Assembly (NCBI GenBank): GCA_963703345.1
Contig: OY969814.1
Span: forward strand, 1,216,001 to 1,280,000
Direction: 5' to 3'
DNA: 64,000 bases
Origin: an uncultured Chloroflexia bacterium
GTDB taxonomy: Bacteria > Chloroflexota > Dehalococcoidia > DSTF01 > JALHUB01
In this document: piece after piece, positions 11,031 through 22,050 of the stretch
Numbering within the stretch: the first letter of the stretch is position 1
Layout of the letters: each line of letters opens with the position of its first letter
Program-made: the position numbers and the translations under genes
Notes under the pieces: model-generated
Databases searched by the model: none
The model's input: only the letters and a program-made list of their open reading frames with translations
What the model was told of the DNA's origin: nothing

Positions 11031-12416
11031 ATGTCGTCGGTCAGGAAACTGCGCTCTACCGTTGTGGTCGTTTTCCTTGTTGCCGTCACTGCCCTGATCG
11101 CCTCATGCGGCGGGGGGAACGGGTCTCCGGGCGCCGGCGTGACGACGGAGGGGAGCGCGGGACGGCCCGTAGTGCAGCTTCCGGGCCCCACGTTGACGGC
11201 TGAGGCGCTTGACACGACCGGAGTGACAGACAACGAGATCAAGGTGGGCACTCATTTTCCTCTGAGCGGGAACCCGGCAGCCGCCTACGCCCCAATCGCC
11301 TTCGGCATAAAGGCGTTCTTCGACTACATCAACGCCCAGGGCGGCGTCTACGGTCGAAAGATCGACTTCATCATAGGTGACGACCACTACAACCCGCCGG
11401 ACACCGTTGAAGTCGTCAAGAAACTGGTCGAGCAGGACGGAGTCTTCGCTATCGTCGGCGGCCTGGGAGAGGCCACGCATAGCGCGGTCTGGAAGTACCT
11501 GGAGGAGAAGGGTGTGCCGGACATGTTCGTCACCACCGGGCTCGACAAATGGACGAACCCGACGGTGAGGACGCGCTTCGCCGGCAACCCCGACTATATG
11601 ACGGAGGGCATGATCCTGGGCCAGTACATCGTGAAGAACTATCCTGAGGCAAGGGTGGGCGTCCTTCGCCAGAGCGACGAGCTTGGCCAGGAGGGGGAGA
11701 ACGGCCTGCGCAAAGCGATAGATGGCACAAGCGTCAAGATAGCGGCCGTGGAGAACTATGACGTGATTCAGTCCGATGTCACCGCTCAGACCGAGCGCCT
11801 GAAGAATGCGAACGTCGACGTGCTGATTGCTTATGCTATTCCCCCGCAGGCAGCCAGCATGGTGAAGGCGGCCCGCGAGACGCTGAGCTGGGACGTCCCC
11901 ATCCTCGTCAGCGGCATCAACTGCAGCGACATCTTCGTCGCCCTGACAGGCGCCAAGGACGCCGAGGGCGTGGTGAGCGTAGTCTTCGGCCCGATGGTAT
12001 CCGAGACCGACAACCCGGCGGTCCAAAAATACCAGAAGATCTGGGACAAATTCGGCTCGGGTGGAGCACTCAGCAACTTCTCCTTCTACGGCATGAACGA
12101 CGGCGAAATGATGGTGCATCTCCTCGAGATGGCCGGGCCAAACCTGACGCGCGGCTCCTTCCTCGATGCCGCCGAATCGCAATGCGGCTTCGTGTGCTCG
12201 GGCTGCACCAACCTCGGGCCCCAGAACATGAGCCCGAGCGATCACCGTCCGATTGAGGATGAGATGTACGCCCAGGTCAAGGACGGGGCGTGGGTGAAGA
12301 TCAGTGATCCCATCGGGTTTGAGTCGACTCCCAACTGCACGGTGCCGACGCCGCCGCCCGATTTCGACAAGCAGCCGAAGGTTGGGGCCGACACGCCCTT
12401 CGTCGAAACGCCCTAA
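11031..12416 (+). CDS. ABC substrate-binding lipoprotein (paralogue 5)
   Basis: Lipobox IASC; closest to paralogue 4, with the same FDxQPKxG..VETP end. Confidence 0.9.
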   Translation: MSSVRKLRSTVVVVFLVAVTALIASCGGGNGSPGAGVTTEGSAGRPVVQLPGPTLTAEALDTTGVTDNEIKVGTHFPLSGNPAAAYAPIAFGIKAFFDYINAQGGVYGRKIDFIIGDDHYNPPDTVEVVKKLVEQDGVFAIVGGLGEATHSAVWKYLEEKGVPDMFVTTGLDKWTNPTVRTRFAGNPDYMTEGMILGQYIVKNYPEARVGVLRQSDELGQEGENGLRKAIDGTSVKIAAVENYDVIQSDVTAQTERLKNANVDVLIAYAIPPQAASMVKAARETLSWDVPILVSGINCSDIFVALTGAKDAEGVVSVVFGPMVSETDNPAVQKYQKIWDKFGSGGALSNFSFYGMNDGEMMVHLLEMAGPNLTRGSFLDAAESQCGFVCSGCTNLGPQNMSPSDHRPIEDEMYAQVKDGAWVKISDPIGFESTPNCTVPTPPPDFDKQPKVGADTPFVETP

Positions 12417-12614
12417 CGCCACGGTACGAGCGCTCAGGCATTCCTAGCATCAGCCCCTAGGGAGCTGTGGGATGTACAATGGAGTCGAGGGCGGCGCAGG
12501 CTGCCTTCGGCGATCTCGTCAGTCCGAGTCGTCGGAGAGCCGAGGCCCGTGACGCCGCCCGGTCGGAAGGCGATTCACACCAGGTCGTAGGAAGACGGCC
12601 TCCCCAAAGGCAGG

Positions 12615-14258
12615 ATGCGCCCTCGCAGCTACTGGTTCATCGTTGCTGCTGCCTCTTTCGGCTTCTTCATGGCTATCCTGGACACATCGATAGTCACAAT
12701 CGCCGTCCCCACAATCGAGCGGTCCCTCAAAACGAACATCGATAACGTTACCTGGGTCCTCAATGCTTACAACCTGGTCTTCGCCGTGCTGCTCATCCCC
12801 GCGGGCCGTGTCGCCGATCGGGTGGGACGCAAGAAGCTGTTCATCACCGGTCTCGTCATCTTCACAGTCTTCTCGCTGGCCTGCGGATTTGCCCATCAGA
12901 TAGGGCTGCTGATAGCGGCTCGTGCCTTGCAGGCCGTCGGCGGCGCAATCATGGTCCCCGTGAGCCTCGCCATCCTTGTCGTGGCGGTGCCGCCGCAGCA
13001 GCGGGGAGCGGCAATCGGCATCTGGGGCGCGATAAACGGTGTCGCCAGTGCCGTAGGGCCCACGCTGGGGGGAGTCCTGACACAATATGTGGGCTGGGAG
13101 TGGATATTCTTTATTAACGTACCAATCGGGATAATCGGTGTGCTCGCCTGCCTCTACATCATCCCGGAGTCGCGCGATCCGGAGCAGAGCCAGGGGGTTG
13201 ACTATCCGGGCGTCGTCTTCCTTTCGGTGTCTCTATTCACGCTCACGCTTGCGTTGATACGCGGCGAAACGAACGGCTGGTCGTCCCCGTTCGTCCTCAG
13301 CCTGTTCGCGACGTTCGCGATCACTGGCGTCTTGTTCGTTGTGACCGAGAGCCACGTCACGGACCCTCTCGTCGATCTGCGGATGCTCAAACAGAGGACG
13401 TTCAGCGCCGCCAACGCGACCGTGTTGCTCCTCGGCGTGGGCTTCTTCGGCTCTCTCTTCCTTGGCATCCAGTACCTGACGGTCGTGCTTGGCTACTCCG
13501 TGCTGCACGCCGCGCTTGCCATCACGCCGTTTCCCGCGACGATCGCAGTCGTGGCGCCGATTGCCGGGCGGCTGAGCGATCGTTTTGGTCCACGAGGCGT
13601 CGTGCCGGCGGGGCTGTTCATCTTCGGGCTTGCCTTGTTCTTCTACGCGTATCTGCCGGCAAACGCCAGCTATGTGCACGTTTTCTGGCGATTGGTCCTC
13701 GCCGGGTTTGGCACCGGTCTGGCCTTTCCGCCGCTGGCCTCCTCGGCCATGGGAGCGGTCTTCAGAGGGAAGCAAGGCGTCGGTGCGGGCGTTTTCAACG
13801 CGTCGCGACAGATCGGCTTCACGCTGGGACTGGCGGTGCTGGTGGCTGTCTTCCTGGGAGCGCTGCACCCGCGTCTTAGCAATGCCCAGGCGCAGGCTAC
13901 CGCACTCGTGCAGCAGTCCAACCTGCCCGACCCCGTAAAGCAGGGGATCATCCAGGGGATAGACAACGCCGTCTCCACCAGTTCAGCGGAGGCGGCGCAA
14001 TCGGGCGAGCAGCAGAAGTTCCAGCTCTACGACGCCGTCAAGCAGATGGCGGGGGCGCAAGTCGCCGACGCGAATCGTGCCACGCTCGACCGCCTTTCGC
14101 AGCAGTTGCAGAAGATCTTCGCTCAGGCAGCAGCGTCTTCCTTCGACCGGGCGTTCCTGGTGGGCTGGCTCATCGTCTGGCTGTCCGCGGTCACTGCTCT
14201 GCTGATCCCGTTGACCGTCCGTCCGCTTGGAACGCAAGCGAGTCCGGGCGGCGGCTGA
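12615..14258 (+). CDS. MFS transporter, DHA2/EmrB-QacA family (14 TM)
   Basis: LDTSIVTIAVPTI, GRVADRVGRK, ARALQAVGGA and WEWIFFINVPIG motifs. Confidence 0.9.
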   Translation: MRPRSYWFIVAAASFGFFMAILDTSIVTIAVPTIERSLKTNIDNVTWVLNAYNLVFAVLLIPAGRVADRVGRKKLFITGLVIFTVFSLACGFAHQIGLLIAARALQAVGGAIMVPVSLAILVVAVPPQQRGAAIGIWGAINGVASAVGPTLGGVLTQYVGWEWIFFINVPIGIIGVLACLYIIPESRDPEQSQGVDYPGVVFLSVSLFTLTLALIRGETNGWSSPFVLSLFATFAITGVLFVVTESHVTDPLVDLRMLKQRTFSAANATVLLLGVGFFGSLFLGIQYLTVVLGYSVLHAALAITPFPATIAVVAPIAGRLSDRFGPRGVVPAGLFIFGLALFFYAYLPANASYVHVFWRLVLAGFGTGLAFPPLASSAMGAVFRGKQGVGAGVFNASRQIGFTLGLAVLVAVFLGALHPRLSNAQAQATALVQQSNLPDPVKQGIIQGIDNAVSTSSAEAAQSGEQQKFQLYDAVKQMAGAQVADANRATLDRLSQQLQKIFAQAAASSFDRAFLVGWLIVWLSAVTALLIPLTVRPLGTQASPGGG

Positions 14259-14422
14259 TCTCGCGGTCGCAGTCCTGGGCTCACAGGAACACAACGATCG
14301 CGGGGTTCCGGCAAGCGCGGGGCGCACTGGAAGCCGTTTCTGTCGTTTTCGCTCCGAGCGCATCGATGGCTACGGCAAGGACGAAATATGAGAAATATGG
14401 AAAAATAGGTAGGGCAACCCTC

Positions 14423-14450
14423 TTGACAAAGCGTGGGACTGTAGTATACT
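14423..14450 (+). promoter_or_regulatory. Sigma70-type promoter for the 14560 gene
   Basis: TTGACA-16 bp-TATACT with AT-rich upstream sequence. Confidence 0.65.
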
Positions 14451-14559
14451 CCGTGTAACTGGTGGCCCAGAATCTCCCCGCCTTTCGCAGCTAACGCCTG
14501 CCGTTGAGCCTTTGGTGGCTGGTATCCCGACCGCCGTTAGTTGCTTGTGGTAGGACGCC

Positions 14560-17073
14560 ATGAGATCAATTAAGCACAGAATAACCAAAGGTCTTCGCTC
14601 TCCACTTTTCTGGCCGGCAGGAATCGGCATTGCTGCGCTCTTGGCGACCGCGGCCCTTGCGCTGTTTGGTCCTCAGGGCGGCCGCGCCGAAGCCTACACG
14701 ATCACCAGCGATGGGAAGATCATGATCCTCGCCAGCCATGTGCAGGTCGAGGTCAACTGCTACGAAGCCTCGTATGACAACCTCTTCGGCATACAATCCC
14801 CTTCGCCTGTGCAGGGCGGCCAGCCCTCGCCGCGGGACCTCTTCTATTGCAAGGACCCGAACCACCAGGGTATCCCACTCGACATCGGGACCTTCAACGC
14901 CGGGGAGCTCGAGTTTCGAATCACGACGCCCCCACAATCCCCCGGTAACCAGCCCTACACCTGGCTTACGGGGCCTGCTGCCCGCAACGCCGACAACTTC
15001 CAGCACGACCAGTTGGTCCACGAGTCCGACACAGTGGTCAGGATCATGTGGGAAGACCTCTACGGCGGCGGCGACCAGGACTACAACGACTGCGAAGTTG
15101 ACGTGACGATCGTGGAGCTGGCGACGCCGACCGCGACCGCCACGAACACGCCGACGAACACGCCCACGGACGGCAACGTGAAGGCGTTCGCTGCGCCAGA
15201 CGGAGTAACGTTTACGTTGAAGGAGACTCGGTACTCGGCTGCCGGTTGCAGCGGAACCGGGGACACTTCGCCGCCATTCGGAACGAAGACCGGAGTCGAC
15301 TCGCATAACGGCGACACGGTGGGCATCGGCGACGTAGAGTCCGTCAAGCTGGAGGCTGCGGCCACCTCGGATCAGGGGGGGGCATTTAGCGAGTGGACGA
15401 GCAGTTATCCCTTCACCGACCTCGGTGGGGGCGTGATCTGCGTGAACGGCTTCCCAGGAAACGGCACCCACGAATACTACGCCCACTACGGCGGGACGCC
15501 GACGCTCACGCCGACGCTCACGCCGACGCTCACGCCGACGCTCACGCCGACGCTCACGCCGACGCTCACGCCGACGCTCACGCCGACGCTCACGCCGACG
15601 CTCACGCCGACGCTCACGCCGACGCTCACGCCGACGCTCACGCCGACGCTCACGCCGACGCTCACGCCGACGCTCACGCCGACGATCACGAACACGCCGA
15701 TGGACACGTGGACGCCAACTGCAACGACCACGCAGACTCCGCCAGACACCTTCACGCCGACGGACACGCCGACGCTCACGCCGACGAACACGCCGACGGA
15801 CACGCCGACGCTCACGCCGACGGACACGCCGACGAACACGCCGACGATTACGCCGACGATCACGCCGACGATTACGCCGACGATTACGCCGACGATTACG
15901 CCGACGATTACGCCGACGCTTACGCCGACGCGAACGCCGACGAATACGCCGACGAACACGCCGACGAACACGCCGACGAACACGCCGACGAACACGCCGA
16001 CGAACACGCCGACGAACACGCCGACGAACACGCCGACGAACACGCCGACGAACACGCCGATTCCCGGCGTGAAGATGGTGAAGGACGCCAACATCGACAC
16101 GGGGGGTGTCCAGGACAGCGGCATCCTGTGGCTCACGAAGGCCGGTTGCTGGAAGACGAACCCGGACGGCTCGCTATATGTGAACGATCTGGGCCAGTAC
16201 GAAGTTGACCCGGCGAAGGCCCTCGTCAGCAAGGGCGAGGGCTGCCTGGAGATTGACGAGTGGGTCTACGGCATCTTCGACAAAGACAACACCAACGACT
16301 CCGATAACGTTCCTGAGGGACTCGGCGCCTGGGAGCACGAGATCTACTGGGACAAGCAGTTCGTGTCTGTGACAACGGCTCCGGACAACGAGTACATCAC
16401 CAGCGGTGGCCGCCAGGTCAATGTTAACCCTGGCCCCCTTAGCGGCTGCTTAGTCAGCGTCACGAACGAGAACTCGATTCTCGAGGGATGCGTGACCAAG
16501 GATGCGTTGGCCTGGGTGTACGACCCGGTGACGCAGACGTGGTCGTTGGTGCCGCAGAACAAGCCCGGACCTAACGGGTGCCAGGTGGGTGTTGACCCCG
16601 GCTGCACAGTCAGCAGACCGGACGGACTGCTGGCGCGGATCTACATCACGCCGAACCTGGCCAACCTGATCTACACTGCTCACTTCCGGCCGACGAAGGA
16701 CAACGGCGTGGTAACCACCGTCGCCGACAAGGACTGCGAGGTTACCGACACCCAGAGCGAGCAGATCCCGGGCACTCTTTCCGGCCAGCTAACGCCCGTG
16801 TGCGGCAGCGCCTTCATCACCATTCGCATGCTCGAAGGTGACCTCAACCTCGACTGTACGGTCGATGTTGCGGACGACCAGGCAGAGGCCTTCCGGTACG
16901 GCTTGACTCTCGGCCTACAGGGCTACGACCAGTGGTACGACCTGGAGCCGGCCTCTTCCGACAACGATGTCGACGTCAAAGACCTGCAGTTCGTGTTTGG
17001 TCGCAACTACAGCACCTGCGACCTGCCCCTACCTGACGACCAGGCTACTCCTGCGCCGCATGTAGACCCGTAA
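14560..17073 (+). CDS. Secreted/surface protein: signal peptide, DUF4114-like motif, long Pro/Thr linker, C-terminal dockerin/EF-hand-like domain
   Basis: Signal ending AEA; [14 protein letters not shown]; (TPTL/N/I)n; [14 protein letters not shown] and DNDVDVKDL. Confidence 0.75.
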   Translation: MRSIKHRITKGLRSPLFWPAGIGIAALLATAALALFGPQGGRAEAYTITSDGKIMILASHVQVEVNCYEASYDNLFGIQSPSPVQGGQPSPRDLFYCKDPNHQGIPLDIGTFNAGELEFRITTPPQSPGNQPYTWLTGPAARNADNFQHDQLVHESDTVVRIMWEDLYGGGDQDYNDCEVDVTIVELATPTATATNTPTNTPTDGNVKAFAAPDGVTFTLKETRYSAAGCSGTGDTSPPFGTKTGVDSHNGDTVGIGDVESVKLEAAATSDQGGAFSEWTSSYPFTDLGGGVICVNGFPGNGTHEYYAHYGGTPTLTPTLTPTLTPTLTPTLTPTLTPTLTPTLTPTLTPTLTPTLTPTLTPTLTPTLTPTLTPTITNTPMDTWTPTATTTQTPPDTFTPTDTPTLTPTNTPTDTPTLTPTDTPTNTPTITPTITPTITPTITPTITPTITPTLTPTRTPTNTPTNTPTNTPTNTPTNTPTNTPTNTPTNTPTNTPTNTPIPGVKMVKDANIDTGGVQDSGILWLTKAGCWKTNPDGSLYVNDLGQYEVDPAKALVSKGEGCLEIDEWVYGIFDKDNTNDSDNVPEGLGAWEHEIYWDKQFVSVTTAPDNEYITSGGRQVNVNPGPLSGCLVSVTNENSILEGCVTKDALAWVYDPVTQTWSLVPQNKPGPNGCQVGVDPGCTVSRPDGLLARIYITPNLANLIYTAHFRPTKDNGVVTTVADKDCEVTDTQSEQIPGTLSGQLTPVCGSAFITIRMLEGDLNLDCTVDVADDQAEAFRYGLTLGLQGYDQWYDLEPASSDNDVDVKDLQFVFGRNYSTCDLPLPDDQATPAPHVDP
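15495..16059 (+). repeat. 12-bp tandem repeat (ACGCCGACGCTC/AAC/ATT) encoding the Pro/Thr linker
   Basis: Directly visible long runs of near-identical 12-mers. Confidence 0.95.
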
Positions 17074-17263
17074 GCGAACAGGACAAGTCGAAGTCCAGGT
17101 ATAGACTGGAGCAATGAATTGGCGGGGGAGCGCCGATCCAGAAGTGGAGCGGCTCCCCCGCCAAAAAATTAGCGATGGGCGGACCATCACGGGCTAGCTT
17201 CGCAGCCGGAAGCCGGTTCGAGATGCAGCCGAAGGAGAGGACCGTGGCCTGAGGGAGGCGCGT

Positions 17264-17580
17264 GTGGTGCGGCACTATTTGCCCGCATCACCGCCGTTGC
17301 TGCTATCGGCGCTTCTCGACAGGCGGGAGCGGGCACATTCGGCATTTCCTTTCTCGGCGCCGCGCGGTCGCCGGTACTACCTCGGTCGCAACGCCCTCTG
17401 GCACGGCCTCCGCTCACTCCGTCTCGACGCGGGCGACGAAGCGCTCGTGCCTGCCTACAACTCCGGCGCCGAGGTCGATGCGATAATCGCAGCCGGTCTC
17501 GTGCCGTGCTTCTTTCGCGTCGGCCTCGAACTCATGCCGGACCTCCGCGACATGCAACAGCGCGTCTCCCGTCCGCGTTG
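17264..17580 (+). pseudogene. N-terminal fragment of a DegT/DnrJ-type aminotransferase
   Basis: GRNALWHGLRSLRLDAGDEALVPAYN..VDAIIAAGLVP, then similarity is lost. Confidence 0.6.
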
Positions 17581-17631
17581 GAGACGTCAATGCGAGGCAA
17601 ATTCAAGGACGGGCGAGAAGACTCGTTATCC

Positions 17632-18413
17632 ATGCTCCTCAAGACCCTTCCGGCGCTCCTGCTGGTCTCCGTGGCAGTTGCTTGCTCGAAATCGTCAGTC
17701 CCAAGCGCGACGCCGACGGCGATATCCAGGGCAATCGCCGTCCAGCCCCAGACACTGGCGCAGGCGCGCGAGAAGATCAAGCACGTCGTGATCATCATGC
17801 AGGAGAACCGCTCCTTCGACAACTACTTCGGCGCCTTCCCCGGCGCCGACGGCATTCCTATGGACAACGGCGTCCCCACCGTCTGCGTGCCCGACGACAC
17901 CACCGGCCCGTGTGTCGCGTCCTATCACGACACGGCTCTCCTCGATGCGGGCGGCCCTCACGCCTTCGCCGACACGGCCACCGACGTCAACGGCGGGAAG
18001 ATGGACGGCTTCGTGAACGAATAGCGGACCGCCTGCGCGACGGCCCCCAATCCCAACTGCGGCAAGGTCATCACCGAGCCGGACGCGATGGGCTACCATG
18101 ACGCCACGGAGATCCCCAACTACTGGGCCTATGCGCAGCAGTTCGTCCTCCAGGACCACATGTTCCCGTCGGTGGGTTCCTGGAGCCAGCCCGTCCATCT
18201 GTTCATGGTTTCCGCCTGGTCGGCCTTGTGCAGCAAGCAAGACGACCCTTCAAGCTGCACGAACGAGCCGAAGTCGCCGGATGCGCCCCCCGACTTCCAG
18301 ACTTTGCGCAACTGGGGGACCTGCTGCAGGGCTTCGACTTCTCGCAGCCCGCTCGCCCGCCTCTCGTACTGTCGGAGCACCCGCCACCAGGTCCGGCCTC
18401 GGTCGGGCCTTGA
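17632..18413 (+). pseudogene. Phospholipase C/phosphoesterase family lipoprotein, disrupted
   Basis: IKHVVIIMQENRSFDNYFG; in-frame TAG at 18022-18024; continues MGYHDATEIPNYWAYAQQFVLQDHMF; C-terminal GDLLQGFDF lies in another frame after an apparent deletion. Confidence 0.8.
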
Positions 18414-18484
18414 CTCTGGACTCAAACGGCAAATGAAGAACCGCGCCTGTCGTCAGTGCGGTTCGGCCATTCAGATATTGTGCA

Positions 18485-18500
18485 TGGCGACCCCGAGGGG
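18485..18500 (-). repeat. 16-bp copy of the tRNA-Asp 3' end (attR-like)
   Basis: TGGCGACCCCGAGGGG is identical to 29956-29971. Confidence 0.7.
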
Positions 18501-18835
18501 TGTCGGGGTCTCTCGCCGCAAACGCCCCTCGCTACGTGCTCCGTAGAGCCTAAGATCCGATCAGTCCGCCTCCATCGCAAGGTTACAGACATACGGCGGA
18601 ACGCCTCCACAGACGCCCCAGAATGGGCCAACCGGGCCCTGCGTCTTCTCCTTCCACGGCTCAGAGAACGCCTCGAATAGGACACCGGGCAGTCGCAATT
18701 GCTGGAGGTTGGTCAGAGTCTCCGCCGTGACAAGCCTCTGGTTTGCCTCCCCCGCAATGCCGCACTGTTCCCCAGTGTGACTATTCGGCGTGCTGTAGCC
18801 CTCCGGTCCTCCCGGCCATCCGAACTCGGTCAGTA

Positions 18836-19521
18836 TTACTTCCTTGTCTGGGTTCCGCGCGATGACATCGAGGAGACGGTCAATGTGAAACTCGGCCGCG
18901 TCCAGCTGCGGGCGTGCACGTGAATATCGCGGAGTTCTTGTTCACCCACCAGGGGAACACGTTGATCCCGATCCAATCGACCTGCTGGGCGAGATCCCAT
19001 TGACCACAGCCTGCCGATGCGTTCCAATTGTCGCCGCACCACTCCCCCCACGTATCGATAGATGTTACCGGCTGGGTCAGTCCAGCATTCTTCAACGCGG
19101 TGATGCAGCGTCTGATCACGGTGTCGGTACTTGAGCCGTAGCGCGTCCTCATCTCCGAACCACAACTGAGCCGGATGATCGTCTCGTTATGCTCCTGTGC
19201 TTCCGAGATGCCCGTCGCGATCGACTGGTCGTTCAGCGCTCGGCTCGCGTCGTTGACCTCAGGTACGAGCCAGATCACCGCGATGACCTTGAGGCCGCGC
19301 TCCTCTGCGGCCTGAAACGTATAGTTCAGACCGTTGAGCACACCACACGTCATGATGCATGAGAAGTTCGTCCGTTCAGCAATGACATCTAGCAGTGTAT
19401 CGATCTGTTGCGGGTTGGGATGAGGCCCAGAATCCGGGTCGAACCCCTCGACATAGGGACCAAACGCAATGCAGCGCAGCACGTCGCTGCTGGTGGCCTG
19501 GGGGCCTCCACTTATGCTCAA
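18836..19521 (-). pseudogene. Glycoside hydrolase family 17-like fragment
   Basis: CIAFGPY, LSCGSE and (other frame) VDWIGINVFPWW-type motifs; lacks a normal start and C-terminus. Confidence 0.5.
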
Positions 19522-19889
19522 CTCGTTGACGGTCGCCTGGGAGTAACCATAGAAGCCGCTCCAGCCGATTCGAATTTGGTCCGTCTGGTCGAACGCTGGA
19601 CAGGAGCTGATACCGCTCGCGTAGGCCGGCGCGAGACCGTCAACCGAAAGCTCAATGTAGTTATGCCGCGGCAGGTCCGTTCCCTGGCAGTGCCAGTAGG
19701 CCTTAACGCGATGCCAGGTGTTGGGGCGGCCCCCTGGGACACTTGGTAATACGAACCGGACTGCCCTCTCAATTCCAGCCAGACGCTACCACCGCTCAAG
19801 AAGACCCCAACGCTGCTGGACGTGCCGAGCACACCGACGTCGAACAGCCCGCCGCTCGTTTGCGAGGACCTATACCAGAACTCGACCAG

Positions 19890-20063
19890 CCCCTCAATGC
19901 GATGCGCATCGCCCAGTGTGTGGCCGGGCTTATCGACTGCGCGGTCATAGACCACACGGCCGCCGACGTCAACTGCGACGGTAAGATGTCGATGGTAGAC
20001 GCGATGTTCATCGCTCGGAAGGTGGCAGCACTGATCGATTCATTCCCGTGCAGCGTGCCGTAG
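19890..20063 (+). pseudogene. Dockerin-like C-terminal fragment
   Basis: AMRIAQCVAGL...ADVNCDGKMSMVDAMFIARKVAAL. Confidence 0.5.
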
Positions 20064-20356
20064 CCGATACCGACACCGTCGCCTTAGGAGCTCTCGCTCT
20101 CCATCGCCAACAGGTGGCGGTTCGCGGCAGGCTTCTTGTTGGCGGAAGGCAGATGCTACGCGAGGAAGCGTCGCCGGGCGGGACTGCAGAACGACTAGGC
20201 TGCGGGATGACCAGACACTAATCGTCCATGGTGGCGGGGTGCAGGCGACCTGCGCCGGAGACGGTGCTGCCGTGGGCAGGAAGCATGGTTCTGTCACACC
20301 AGATGCTACCTGTACGAGTAACATAGAGGGTGGACTCGTTTTCGGGGGGCAGGTCA

Positions 20357-20599
20357 CTATGCTACGGCGACTGTGATCGCCTGCTTAGGACAGACGTCGC
20401 TGCAGACCTCGCATCCCGTGCAGAGGCTCAGGAAGAGCGGCCCTATCGTCCAGTCCTCAGTGACTTTCCCGGGCTTGCGCCCATCCCGCGGAAAGATGCG
20501 AAAAACCCCTTGCGGGCAGGCGTCGAGACAGGCGCGGCATTCCTGGGGAGAGGTGCATTTCTCAGCGTCCCATCGTATGTCTATCATCGCAATCACCAT
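20357..20599 (-). CDS. 2x[4Fe-4S] ferredoxin
   Basis: CRACLDACP and CTGCEVCSDVCP. Confidence 0.85.
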   Translation of the reverse strand: MVIAMIDIRWDAEKCTSPQECRACLDACPQGVFRIFPRDGRKPGKVTEDWTIGPLFLSLCTGCEVCSDVCPKQAITVAVA

Positions 20600-21411
20600 T
20601 CGCCTGCCAATGCTGGAACGGAGGCCCTTTCAACGAGCGTGATCGCATCCCGATGGCACAGCGCCCTGCAGACGCCGCAGCCGTAGCACTGAAGCTGATT
20701 GACGGAGCACTTGCGAGAGTACGCGGAATAGCTGATAGCCCCGAAGTTGCACACCTTCATGCAGTTACGGCAGCCGTTGCACTTCTCCCAGTCGACTTTG
20801 GCCGCGTACTCCGCCTTGAATAGGGTCTGCAGACCGAGGCGAGTGCGCGTCTTCAGTGCCATGCACTCGTTGACGGAGCAGTTGCAGATACCTCCGATGA
20901 GCGGCGTAATGAACGTCCAGACGCTGTGGACAAGTCCTTCCCGGTCCAGCTTCCTGATTGCCTTCTTCGCCTCTTCTTTGTCCAAGACCTCCAGGTCCCT
21001 GTAGTCGGGATAGTCGGCGACGGGCACGAAGTCGGAGTTGGCACTGGTCACGCCGAAACAGTAGCGGGCGTCGCGAAACCCACGCAGCATGCTGCGGCAA
21101 ACGCAGGGGAGTCGCACCACCGAAATGCTCATGTCGAGGATCTGCTCGATCTCCTCGACGGGGACCACCTGTCCCCAGTGCTCCTTCTTCTGCTGGTCCA
21201 CGGCAATCGGCAAGAGCGCCTTGGCGGCCGTCGGGTCAGCAGCCATCGCCCTGTCCAGTAGCGCGGCCTTATCTCCAAACAGGTGTTCGAAGTCGCGAAA
21301 GAACTCTGTCATGAACTGCTTGCGCTGATCGTTGAGCAGCTCCTCGCTGTAGTTCTTCGCCTGCAAGTACCATTTCTTGCCCTCGCCGTGTTGAGCGCAG
21401 AACTCGCACAT
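20593..21411 (-). CDS. 4Fe-4S dicluster domain protein
   Basis: N-terminal CEFC, CVCR, ICNC, then CNGCRNCMKVC and CYGCGVCRALC. Confidence 0.85.
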   Translation of the reverse strand: MCEFCAQHGEGKKWYLQAKNYSEELLNDQRKQFMTEFFRDFEHLFGDKAALLDRAMAADPTAAKALLPIAVDQQKKEHWGQVVPVEEIEQILDMSISVVRLPCVCRSMLRGFRDARYCFGVTSANSDFVPVADYPDYRDLEVLDKEEAKKAIRKLDREGLVHSVWTFITPLIGGICNCSVNECMALKTRTRLGLQTLFKAEYAAKVDWEKCNGCRNCMKVCNFGAISYSAYSRKCSVNQLQCYGCGVCRALCHRDAITLVERASVPALAGEW

Positions 21412-21525
21412 AAGTCCACCTCCGTGTCGGTTGCGCGAACCAGCCGAGGCCTATCGCTCTATCACGGCCAGCAGCGAGCTGTCATTGCGGCGATCATAGC
21501 ACTGGCCGAGCGGCTGTCAACCTCA

Positions 21526-21562
21526 AGGGCCATGAGGGATTCGAACTCTCGACTCCCGGATT
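21526..21562 (-). repeat. Degenerate tRNA-Arg 3' fragment (att scar)
   Basis: AGGGCCATGAGGGATTCGAACTCTCGACTCCCGGATT closely matches 37424-37460. Confidence 0.55.
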
Positions 21563-22050
21563 CGCTGCCTCTCGACCGACGCGCCTACATCGCCCTGCTG
21601 CCTTGTTAGGTAGGCGTTCCCACGTGGACCGTTTTGCGCGTCCCCGTTCTAGTCTAGCAGCTAGCCGTGTGCCCAATTGAGATGCCCCCTTTTCTTCGGT
21701 CCAGTATTCTCTATTCTCTCGCTGAAGAGTACCATTGGCTCCGGACTCTCTTTCGGGGGCAGGCCAGAGGGGTCGCCGGCAATTTCGAAAAGATAGAGGA
21801 GGCCAACATCGGAAGAAAACGCTCGCGACAAGAGTGGCAGGGGCGCCAAGAAGAGGGTGAACCGGTACAGGACTAGTTGGGTCGGCTGCTTCCCAGGCGA
21901 CGAAGGACCGCACGCCGTGTCAGCCGCCGCCAGGCCCTGGGTCGATGACCCCAACAGGGAAGCTGGAGCGACAGGGAACGCTCATCTTGCGGATTCAGAG
22001 GTGGGCCTACCCGATCTTCTAGCATCATTCTCAAGAAAGGGGCACACAGA

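Noticed and set aside
15393-16232. Alternative-frame ORFs (HADA/GVSV repeats)
   Set aside because: Shadows of the 12-bp repeat in the 14560 gene.
18022-18024. In-frame TAG in the phospholipase C gene as possible pyrrolysine or readthrough
   Set aside because: The gene also has a downstream deletion and frameshift and sits among other fragments; a nonsense mutation is simpler.
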